Assembly: GCA_951406725.2 (NCBI GenBank)
Contig: OX597817.1
Location: 2,790,001-2,854,000, forward strand
Direction of reading: 5' to 3'
Origin: Octopus vulgaris
Lineage: Eukaryota
DNA length: 64,000 nucleotides
How positions within the stretch are numbered: position 1 is the stretch's first letter; the number at the start of each line of letters is the position of its first letter. Below, one piece after another: positions 52,471-64,000 of this stretch. Under the pieces are notes generated by a model. The model did not search any database and was not told the DNA's origin. It was given only the letters and a program-made list of their open reading frames with translations. Made by a program: the position numbers and the translations under genes.

Positions 52471-53470
52471 TATATTAATTAAACTACGAGGAAATAAAAA
52501 GTAAAGTTGACCTTGGTAAGACTTAAATGAAGGACATTAAACGTTTGTGGGCCCAAAGCGTTTTCCTTATTTTATCCTAAAGGTACGTTCTGAGTTCAAA
52601 TTCCACCGAGGTTGACTGCCTTTCATCCTTTCGAGGTCGATGAAATAAGCACCAGTTAAGCCTTGGGGTTGATGTAATCGACTAGCCCCCTCCTTCGAAT
52701 TATAGGCCTTGTGCTTATAGTAGAAAGGATTATTTTTGTCCTAAAAGTCCTGCTTGTTTTCAGAATTTTAGTTAGCCCGTGTTTCATACATTCTAAGTAA
52801 TATTATTCCTGAGTTATATTGAGAGCTGGAAAAATCTGCGAATGTGTACTATAGACGGCAGAACTATGTTCTCTGTATCATATGTGATATACATGACAAG
52901 CAAAGGGTTATTAACGTACCTAAGCATAGAAAGAGGTGAAATAAACACCAGAGATTCTTTGCCCCATGCAGAAACAGCAGTTCTTTCATAGGTTTTGGGA
53001 ACTCTTTCAAGTACATTGCAATGCTTGAAATCCTTCCGTATCGTCAGGCGGTGTCTCAGTGTCACAAGCGTTTTGTCCCTCAGCCAGTACACTTCGCCTA
53101 AGTAGGGCTGCGAGGACTGAACTAGTGTTCCACTTTGCGGTCCCTTATCAACCACTGCCAACATTTCACTCGTTGTTTATGGCTTCCACCATCCGCCGCC
53201 TGACACTATGTATTATATAACTGGTTATGTTAACAACACTGCGTATTTGGCGCCTTAGACTAATTTTTTGTTACTTGATTTGTAAGTTCAAATTCATCGG
53301 ATGTTGACCCGCCACCATTGTTCACTACAGGGCTAGTTGATCAAAAGAAATAGATCGAAAGAAAGATGTATTGATTTCGTTTCAACCAGTTTCGAAGCTT
53401 TTCCGTAAAAAGAACAAAAGAAAATAAGTATTGCACCTTGCATATACAAACTGCTAAATCAGTGAATCAA

Positions 53471-53978
53471 TACATACATACATACATACATACGTACATA
53501 CATACATACACACATACATACATACATACATACATACATACATACATACATACATACATACATACATACATACATACATACATACATACAGACATACATA
53601 CATACATACGTACATACATACATACGTACATACATACATACACACATACATACATACACACATACATACATACATACATACATACATACATACATACATA
53701 CATACATACATACATACATACAGACATACATACATACATACGTACATACATACATACACACACACATACATACATACATACATACATACATACATAAATG
53801 CATACATACATACATACATACATACATACATACACACATACATACATACATACAAACATACATACATACATACATACACACATAAATACATACATACATA
53901 CATACATACATACATACATACATACATACATACATACATACATACATACATACATACAGACAGACAGACAGACAGACA
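53471..53978. repeat. (TACA)n microsatellite, ~500 bp, with variant units
   Basis: Directly visible. Confidence 0.95.
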
Positions 53979-55095
53979 TAAGTACTAGGCTAGTAACCGG
54001 CTTGTCCTTTGGTGAGAATTTCGAAAGAAAGAGTCAGAACAACATACATACATGCTTGCATATAAAAATAAGGGCATACATATATACATACATGCATGCA
54101 TAGTTCTACATATATTATAAGGTAAATCAATACTATGAAGTAGATGAATGCATACCGATTACTAAAATAAAGGTATTACTTCACACGCTTACACACACAT
54201 ACATACACATACACATACATACACATACATACACATACAGACACGTTCAAACGTATATGTACACATAGTGAAGTATACGTTCATTACATATACATTCAAA
54301 TTTATAGCAACTCAATTATTCGCTCAATTAAATACTTTTCTATAGTTCTCTCTCTGCTTTTATTAGATTAATGTGTTGACTCACTTCTTTTAGATCTACA
54401 AAATTTACGAGGCACTTAATAGCACAATCTCATATCCCCTTCTTTCATCTAGCTCTCTTTTTAATTATTTTCCGCGATTATTTTGTATTGATTAGGAGGA
54501 AATCACTTAAACACCATTTCTATAATTTACTACAATCTATACATGCAAGTTGCACCTTACCTCTAAAAATGATTCTGAAAATTCAGGCTGGAGCAACTTG
54601 AAGTAAAGTGCCTTGCTCAAGGACACAGCGCCAAGAATCGAACGCACGACCTTACGATCATGAGCCAAATATCCTAACGACTAAGCCACGTACCTTCACA
54701 GAGCAGTAATGGAGGGAGTTACATTGTGTAGGATGCTGTCGGGTGAGACGTAGTAGCTGTCATGAGATAGGAGTTGGGACCAGTTCCGAAGGCTCAATCA
54801 AAAGTCATACACATCTCACTTCTTCAAAGGAACAGATGCCACTATAACGCAAAAATGAACAGAGTGTGGGGGATGGGTTAAGGGTGAAAGCACGAGTGCA
54901 GGTGGTGTGCAACAGAAGCATTTTCCAGGTATGTCACCAGTTCTCAAATGAGAATATGAGTCGCTTTTGAGCTCCGTAGAGGGTTGACAACAGATACACA
55001 CTGAAGTAATGATTGTATGTTCTAGCTCTGAAGAAGCCTTCTCATTTATATTCAGTTTTACTAATATCCAGAATCTGTAAAGTTTAATATTTGTA

Positions 55096-55660
55096 TTGGG
55101 TTGTCCGGAAAGTTCGTGCCGATTTTTAAAGGAAAGAAAAAGGTCAATAAATATTTGCCATTACATTTTTAATCAACCAAATATGAACCATTTTATTGCA
55201 CAATGCGTCTCCATCTTTCCTTTAACTTAAAAATACCCTCTTCCCAGAATTGAGGTAGATTCATTGGCAAAGAATTCATCAAGGTATCTTTTTACGTCAT
55301 CCAAGAAATTGAAATTTTTACCATTAAGACTATTCTGCAGAGACCTGAATAAGTGGAAATCCAAAGGAGCAATATCTGGTGAATATGAAACGTGGGGGTA
55401 ACACATCCCAGCCGAGCTGCAGCAATTTTTGTCTGGTTCCCAAAGCACCAAGTGCCGGAAATGAACTTTATCTTCCATTTTAAAAGGTTACAAAATTAAC
55501 ACAAGTTATAGGAATATAAATCTTCTTCCACGAAAAGATAGCTTAAACTGTTCTCCAAATGGAGGTGTAGTCAAATCCTACTTTATTGACTCAACCATGT
55601 TCTAAAATAAGTAGAAAGATAAGCTACTATAAATCGGCACGAACTTTCCGGACAACCCAA
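55096..55660 (-). mobile_element. Internally deleted mariner transposon
   Basis: Perfect 30-bp TIRs ttgggttgtccggaaagttcgtgccgattt and TA duplication. ORF 55227-55478 fuses the N-terminus (MEDKVHFRHLVLW) to the C-terminus with YSPDIAPLDFHLFRSLQN, the mariner YSPDLAPxD motif. Confidence 0.93.
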
Positions 55661-56662
55661 TAGTTTGAACACTTCAGTAGTGCATTGTTTATATGTAAGT
55701 TTGTGCATAAAACCAATGGCGTCATTTTTTAATGAATGAGTTGTCTTTCCTTTGAAATTATCTTCCATGACAGGTATATAACTGTAACATATTTATACTA
55801 TCAGATTTATATAAATCGTAAAATATGCGTTAGCACGCAGTATGGGTTCAACATTAAATTATCACTTACTAAGAACATGAGAAAACTCTCACTATTATTA
55901 ATTATAAGGCTTTACTTGTTCAGAATTGGTAGCGCTCTTGACAAAATACTTTGAGGTACTTTGTGGCGTCATTTTTACATCAAGGGAGTCAACTAAAAGA
56001 ATAAAAAGGGAGAGGGGGAGAGGGAGAGAGTGAGAACGGGAGATGTTTTCGTGGAAGGAAGGAATAGAGTTAAAGATATTTAAGAAAGTTAGAGAGGGGA
56101 GAGGAAGGAAAGAAGGATAAAAAATGGAAGGCAGAAAGAAGAGGGAGCGGCCTTGACTTTGAACAATTCTGGGGTCGATAGAAAAAATAAGTAGCCAAGT
56201 ATTGCTACTGATTTAATCGAATATTCTTCTGCGCCAAACGTGCAGACATGTCTCAGAATTTATTTATTTATTTTTTTACTTTTGAGTTGTATCTTTTCCC
56301 CAAGTACTCGGATGAACTACAAATTATTTCGGCGGATTGATAGTTATCAGCGCTGCTAAAAATGATTATCAGAAGCCCGATGCATAATTTCGCTATTGGT
56401 TATTGTGAACTTCCGATCAGTGTTGCTTCGTATAAAGCCTTTTTTTCTATTTCTCTCCCTTCCTGCATTTTATTTATTTCTTTTATCGTTCTTTATACCG
56501 ATATCATACAAGCAAGCGTATTTCCATACTGAGACACACACACACAAAGATCACGAGCCTGTATAACAAAGTATACAGGATATACCTCATTTTATATCTA
56601 GTTTGATATAAGCGTGTATCTGTTTGTGTCTGTGTTGATGTGTGTATACATATACATAATAA

Positions 56663-56712
<50 letters not shown>

Positions 56713-56919
56713 GTTTGTGTATAAGACATAAATATATATTCATATGTGCATGTATGTATGTATATATATATACAAACACACACACACATATATACATACA
56801 TAATTATATACAAATTCATGTATGCATATATACCTAATCACAGAGATAGTTAGATACATGATATAGACACATATGTGTAAATATATACAGATATATATGC
56901 ATTAATGTATTTGTGTGCG

Positions 56920-56976
<57 letters not shown>

Positions 56977-58232
56977 GTGCGTGTGTGTGTGTATGTGTAT
57001 GTGTGTGTACATATGTAAGTGTCGAACGATGAGAGTGATTGCTCAACACTGCATTGGTGGATAGAATTTATTTCTTTGTGTATTAATGACGGAAACAAGT
57101 AGAAGAGCAAAAGAGTAAAGAGTAAGTCTACCATTGGTTTCAATAAATATTTAGACGCATACAATGTGGAGGGTGTGATGGAGATTACATAGGTCAAACT
57201 AGCTTCACCTTGAGACTGACAGTACATAAGCAACAAATCCGGGACCCCACGACCAGGAACATTCCCGTAAGCAATCACCTAGACCAATGCACCGCAAACA
57301 TAAACCCGAAATAGCAAATCTTCCCTCTCTATCACTGCACTGGAAACACTTCAACCCAATTCTGTTTGAATAAGGAAAGCATGCTCATTAAAAAATATAT
57401 AAACCACAGCTGAATATCCTTTAGAAAGAAGGAAAATCACTAAAAAGAAAAAAGGAAAAAGACCCAATTTCTCCACAAAAAAGACATATACAACAGATAT
57501 CATTAAAAAAACAACAACTTTAGTAACAGTCCCCCCCCTCGCGTTTCGAAACCGCAACTCCAAATCACCATACAATAACACTATGCAAACACCAGTTGCT
57601 GACGTCACCAATGAAATTTTACCTCCGATCAAAACTGAGCTTCAGTAAATATAAAAAAATGACCTTTTAAAAGAATCAACCAACTGGAACGGCTGATGGC
57701 TGCTCCTCACAGGGAAGTCAACCAGACAGAATGACAAACATGACCACCAGAAAAATAAGACGTCATCGTGACTTTAACGAATCAAAACTCAGATCCGTTC
57801 AGAGAAAAAAAATTATAAATACACTGGATTCCAAAAAAAAAAAAAAGCAGTTACAAGCGAAAATCCCTGCACACGACGGAAAAAGAATCACAGAAGCTGT
57901 AACAGAACCCTTTTTTTACTATCTTCATTTCTCCCTTGTTTTTCTCCCTCTTAACTCAGTATGACCGAATATTTGGTGATCCACAGTTCTTATCGATCAC
58001 TTCTAACACTATTGAATTTTGTGCATTTAAGCAAGATGATCAACATTTTTTATATTACTGAATGTTGTGAACATTTAAATCATATTTGATATTATTGAAC
58101 TTTGAGTCTTGAGTAGACATGTTTGTCTACTTCGTAATCTTAAATTTTTTACCATTGATAAATAAAAAACATTATTAAAACGAGGGATCTTGTTTTTGTC
58201 ATTCCCAAAATATACATTTTTAAGAAGACACT

Positions 58233-58446
58233 AAAAAATCTGGAAATCGGCTGTAATAATGTAGCCTTCCAGTCTCATTGCTTTGTTGCGGAGAAAAAAA
58301 ATGTAGAAAAAAGTTACAGAGGTTTAAAAATTGAAAAAAACTGTATATTTTTAGTCAATAGCAAGACAGAAATTTTCTGCGTTTAGCGGAGTGGTGTCAG
58401 CTTTAAGGTTTTACCCTGTGGAATTTAGAGTTTAGCGTCTGACCTG
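58233..58446 (-). repeat. Unclassified dispersed repeat (copy of 15645-15876)
   Basis: Reverse-complement similarity over about 210 bp. Confidence 0.75.
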
Positions 58447-59837
58447 TTCATTGTAGGTTTCTAAATAAACAGAAATACCTTATAAAATCAACAGGTATAA
58501 TCTTACTGTTTCTTTTGTCTCTTCTTTGACTGTATGGTTTTAATATTATTTTAATTTGTTATATTAATATATTTGTTTGCATGTGTTTGATTTATGCGTA
58601 TTTTAGTTTTGTGTATACCTGCCATGTATTTGTGTACATCATTAATATATAAGTGCATGAGGATGTATGTATTCATATATAAGTTTATATGTGCATTTAT
58701 GCATTTGTGTGTGAGAGAGAGAGAGAGAAAGTGAGAGGAGGGGGCGTCAGTCTCCAAAATTCCAAAGTTGAATAACATATTCAAGCTTGGATTTGTAAAC
58801 TAAGATAAAAATAACACTGGTCAAAAAAGAATTTGTCCCAATGAAAAGAATACCTGTATCTCAAATTTGTTTTGCATGCAGAATTCAAAAATAATGTCAA
58901 ATTATCTATATCACCCACAGTTTCTCTGTTCCACGATATCCCTCTCAGTTCCTGTTAACCGGGCTAAATTTCAGTCAAACTGTTGAAATGTGAAGCCAAC
59001 GGTTTAAGAAATTCTCCTAATTTAAATTTTTATGAACAGAATTAACCTGGTGAAATCATAAATCCATCCATCTCAGGCAATGAGTCCCAAAAATATTTGA
59101 AATGAACAATATGTAAAAATACTAACAAATAGAAAAAAGCACAGAAAAATACTAACACAGGAAAATGCACAGAAAAAAACAGAAAAATATTAACACACCG
59201 AAGCGCAGGAAAATATGTAATATACCAACACACAGAAAAATTAAAACAAAATACGCAGGTGAAAAGAATCTCGTGGTGTGAAGAATCAGTGGTAAAAAAT
59301 CAACATAGACAATGGCGGCACAGACAAAAGTAAACCACAACACAGAGTGTGGTTGTCATGGTAACAAGCTGCTAATGCTTCGCTGTCTGTTGATTGGCTA
59401 AAATTACCCAAATTTCCCAACTTTAATGGCAAATAACATCAGATTCTCTGATTTACGAGATAAAGTAATTGGTTGATCGTAATCAAAATTCAGAGTTGCA
59501 TCGATACACCAAAATTGAAAGCAATCTGATCGAAATTAAGGGCGGAGAGGGGTTCATTTTGCGAATGAGAAAGACCAGATCTAAAACTAGTTTAGTATGT
59601 ATGTAAATAAATTTAATGAAAAAAAATTACAAGCTTTTCAAATTCAGGTGCCTTTTCAGCAACAAGTTTTTCTATACTTTTTCCTGCGTGGAAATACACT
59701 CCCTTTTTTGTTACACACACATACACACACCTTATCCTTTCACATGTTTCAGCCCTAATATATATACCTTAATACACAGACGCGCGTACACACATATATT
59801 TATGTTTATTTATGCATGTGTATATACATACATACAT

Positions 59838-59868
<31 letters not shown>

Positions 59869-60262
59869 TCATGTATAGGCGTGAAATTGCTTTTGACCCC
59901 CACCCCGGGCCGATAACTGGTGAGGCGTTAGAAACCTGTGAAGTTTCCGTTCGTCTGTGCATTTACTATGTCTTACAACATGCCATTCTGTGTTTGTTTT
60001 CCATTCGTGTGTTTACTATACGTGTTTTAACCTCTGTATGTATATATGCGTGTATGTATGTATGTATGTATGTATGTATGTATGTATGTATGTATGTATG
60101 TATGTATGTATGTATGTATGTATGTATGTATGTATGTATGTATGTATGTATGTATGTATGTATGTATGTATGTATGTATGTATGTATGTATGTATGTATG
60201 TATGTATGTATGTATGTATGTATGTATGTATGTATGTATGTATGTATGTATGTATGTATGTA

Positions 60263-60467
60263 TGGCAGGAGGACTTAAACGACATGCAAAGGTACATGAA
60301 ACCCAGTTACAACTACAGCCGACTATTACCAGTAAAGGTCTTAGTCGCCAATTTTGTACAAGACATTGTAGATCTTTAGCTGGGCTAAAAAGTCACATTC
60401 GATCACAGCACCAGTAACAGTTAAGCTTCGTGCAATGGCCATACTCGATAACGAGGGGGCAGCCATA
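60263..60467 (+). mobile_element. Probable RTE-type LINE 3' end inserted in (TATG)n (60052-60688)
   Basis: AGGLKRHAKVH...FCTRHCRSLAGLKSHIRSQH* (C2H2-like), then a short 3' UTR hairpin ctcg-ataa-cgag. (TATG)n lies on both sides. Confidence 0.65.
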
Positions 60468-61895
60468 ATGTATGCATGTGTGTATGTATGTATGTATGTA
60501 TGTATGCATGTATGTATGTATGTATGTATGCATGTATGTATGTATGTATGTATGTATGTATGTATGTATGTGTGTATGTATGTATGTGTGTATGTATGTA
60601 TGCATGTATGTATGTATGTATGTATGTATGTATGTATGTATGTATGTATGTATGTATGTATGTATGCATGCATGCATGTATGTATGTATATTTTGAAGTG
60701 TTTCTGATGCAGAAGGTACTGCAATGAAAAACTCTAAAGTACCCACTTCAGACTAACGTTGAGACTATTTCTACCTTTACATTAAGCCTCTTCTAAACGG
60801 TTTTGTCAATGGTGTGTTGCCCAATATAATATTTAAATGTGATCGCAATACCAGACTCTGTAAATTTTTGTGATTACTTCTTCATCTATAAGTAAGTGTA
60901 TACATGGTTGCACATTTGTATTATTTTATCTATATCTGGATGAGTCTGGGTGTATTTAGATGTGTATGAAAGTAAACATCTGTATCTATTTCTACATATG
61001 TCATTGCTTGTACGTTTGTGTGATACTTTATATATTATATATGTGCATGTATCTATGCGATATACCTGCAGTGATAAATATGCTTAAATCTCCGTATATG
61101 TATCTATATGTGTATTAGTACGACTTTCCGTCCATGTATTTCTGCATCTGTCTACAAGTATATTTATGCAAACACTCACGTATGTATACGTATGGGTAAT
61201 TCATCAATCTCCGCATATGTATGCATGTGAATATATTAGTGAGATAACGTTATACCTCTATGCTTGTATATCTATCTACGTATGCTTGTGAATACATTAA
61301 CGCTATATTTCCATGTTTTATAGCCATTGTCTTCGTATCTATTAGTGACATGGAACTGCGAAATCTTATCTTAATTCCTATATACATAATGATCGTGTTT
61401 ATGATTACGTGCGTGTGAGAGTGTGTATATGTGTGTATATATATACGCGGTATGCGTACACGTGTGTGCCTTCACGTCCATGCATATATGAGGAGAATAA
61501 TATGCAGCGCATTATTTATCACTAATTGTATTAGGGAATCTGATCGGGCCCCTTAAATCAACAAACAAGGCTTGTTTTCCTAAGCAACGCGGTGGATTCA
61601 TAGGATTATTGCTGGTGGTGTTATTATCTAGGCTTTATTTTCACTCGGATAAAATAACACATCTTCCATATTATCATGGCTGCTTGTTGTTTTTACAAAC
61701 ATCCAGAAGTTACTCGTTTTTATTATTCTTTACACGGGGGCATGATATTAAGAAATCTATTAAACTGCTCGCTGACCTCCATTTTCTATAGTGATAGCTT
61801 GCTTCCGTCTACGAGGAGAGATGGCATGGCAAGAATAGAATGAGAGGTGAAATGGAAAGAAAGAAAGAAAGAAAGCAAGAATAAAGAAAGAAAAC

Positions 61896-61967
<72 letters not shown>

Positions 61968-62486
61968 AAAGAAGGAAGGAAGTCTGGATTTAAGTAGTCG
62001 CAAGGAAGCAAATAGATTTATAGTGGTAGGTGGGAGCATTCACATGGCTACAGTGTTTGAATATTCAAGAAGTGGTTATGGTGTGAGGCAAGTTATAAGT
62101 AATCATGTGTAAAATAAGAGATATCAAAATGTCTGCAAGAAATATCAAAGCCGTAAGATCTTCTCCAGTCTAGCTGTAACTTATTCTGAGATCGAATAAT
62201 TAAAATATTGTTTGGTGGTCTGCAATTTTGACTCAACGATTTTGAAATTGCATTTCTATATGTTTCAGTCATGAGTTGTTGCTTGAATATTTAGGGATAT
62301 ACTCCTGATGGTACAAAAGACTCGGTGTTCTAATCTTAATTTCAAATAGCATTTTCTTCGGAAGTCTTGAGCTCCATTTTTCTTTCTCTTTCTGTGTCGC
62401 TATCTCTCTTTCTTTTCAACACTCATATGCGTCTGTGTCTGTGTGAGAGTGGGTATATTAAACATTGTTTTCTTTGAAAACATATA

Positions 62487-62702
62487 ATGGTTTCAAATTT
62501 TGGCACAAGGCCAGCACGTTCGGGAAAGGGAGATAATCGATTACATCGACTCAAGTGCTCGACTGGTACTTATTTTATTGACCCCGAAAAGATGAAAGGC
62601 AAAGTCAACCACGGCAGAATTTGAACTCAGAACGTGAAGACGGATGTAATGCCGCTAGGCATTTTACCTGGTATGCCAACGGTTCTACTAGCCCGCCGCC
62701 TT
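62487..62702 (-). mobile_element. SINE family B, full length
   Basis: ctggtacttattttattgaccccgaaaagatgaaaggcaaagtc...atttgaactcagaacg...gcccgccgcc. Confidence 0.85.
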
Positions 62703-63157
62703 GCAAACAAGCTATATTAAAAACTCAAATATGTTCAAGTTTACTTATCTTCATTAATGATTTTTCATATTTCCCTGTCAGCCCTTTATGTTTTTATTAA
62801 AATAATACCGTTTCTAAACCTATTAATATTTCCGGGCGTTCTCAGACGTAGCTAGATGTAGTATAAATTTTAGGCCGTCTTCTAACTGCCGCCTTTTCAT
62901 AGTGATCATCTAGGCTCATGGGAATGGTAAAACCCGCAGACAGATTGATATCCCTAGGTTCTTTCTTATTGCTCTTCGTCCTTCGTTTCATTCTTCATTA
63001 AAATTTACCTAGGTTCAAAAACAATAAAATTGTGTGGTGTTCAATATTTCTAGAGATCCTCGGAAAGGTAACTGAAAGGAATCTTTTCAAGCAAAAACGA
63101 AATTCGCTTCCATATTCAACAGCTACGAGGCTAGGTCAATATTCTTAGGTCAGTGAA

Positions 63158-63370
63158 GGCAACGAGCTGGCAGAAACGTTAGCACGCCGGGCGAAATACT
63201 TAGCGATATTTCGTCTGTCTTTACGTTCTGAGTTCAAATACCGCCGAGGTCGACTATGCCTTTTGTCCTTTCGGGGTCGATAAATTAACTACCAGTTGCG
63301 TACTGGGGTCGATCTAATCGACTGCCGTCTCCTCCAAAATTTCGGGCCTTGTACCTAGAGTAGAAAAGAA
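63158..63370 (+). mobile_element. SINE family B, full length
   Basis: ggcaacgagctggcagaaacgttagc...gttctgagttcaaataccgccgaggtcgac...ctggggtcgatctaatcgact. Confidence 0.9.
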
Positions 63371-63421
63371 TATTCATAGGTCAGTGGGAGATCAGGACTG
63401 GGAGGTTATATTCTTGGGAGC

Positions 63422-63800
63422 AGGCATGGCTATGAGGGTAAGAAGCTCACTTTTGCAGTCACGGGGTTTCGAGTTCAGTCCCAATGCGTGGTACCTTAAG
63501 CAAATGGCTTCCATTATAGCCCCGGGTTAACCAATATCTTGTTAGTGGATTTGGCAGACAGAAACTGTGTAGAAGCCCATCTCATATGTACGTATCTGTG
63601 TGCGCGCGCGTATGTTTGTGTGAGAGACATTTTCCTTACCACCAGTTTTCATAATCGGCGTTGGTTTGTTTACGTCATCGTAACCTAGCGGCTAGGCAAA
63701 AGAAGCTGATTGAATAAGACTTTCTATTTGTTCGACTAAAACCCTTCAAGGATTGCCCTAGCATGGCTGCCGTCCAACGACTGATACAAGTAGAAAAAAT
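63422..63800 (+). mobile_element. SINE family A, diverged (another minus-strand tail begins near 63935)
   Basis: aggcatggctatgagggtaagaagc...gagttcagtcccaatgcgtgg...agcatggctgccgtccaacgactgatacaag. Confidence 0.8.
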
Positions 63801-64000
63801 AAAAGATTTTAAAAATATATATTTTTGGCACCTCATTGCACGTTCATTTCTCCCTGAAGCAAACAACTGCTGGCAGTGGTAATGGAGTCAATGAATTACT
63901 TAGAACACATCTTTATCATATATCGTTTATTTATTTCCTTGTTTCAGACATCGGACTGCGGCCACGCCGGGGCACCGCCCTGAAAGATTTAGTCGAACAA

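Noticed and set aside
60263-60417. C2H2 zinc-finger host gene exon
   Set aside because: No splice acceptor, embedded in (TATG)n, and followed by an RTE-like 3' hairpin. A LINE 3' end explains it better.

Overview
AT-rich eukaryotic intronic or intergenic DNA saturated with microsatellites. The SINE families and repeat style suggest a coleoid cephalopod such as Octopus; this is recognition, not a database result. No host protein-coding gene can be firmly identified, and almost all ORF-track entries are translations of simple repeats. Mobile content: two abundant tRNA-derived SINE families; LINE relics (a young 5'-truncated CR1/L2-group copy at 39.1-40.5 kb, RTE-type and R4/Dong-type fragments); Tc1/mariner, pogo and hAT MITEs; a Helitron-like element; and several minisatellites. 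The most notable signal is a set of at least three unrelated short non-coding repeat families. Each ends in a minimal type-I hammerhead-ribozyme-like motif of the kind carried by Penelope-like element terminal repeats, and they occur as inverted (fold-back) or tandem dimers. One of them (28581-29188) joins a tRNA-like Pol III head to a hammerhead tail and is bounded by a 10-bp target-site duplication. Also visible are a SINE/LINE pair sharing a covarying 3' stem-loop and a perfect 89-bp SINE fold-back.
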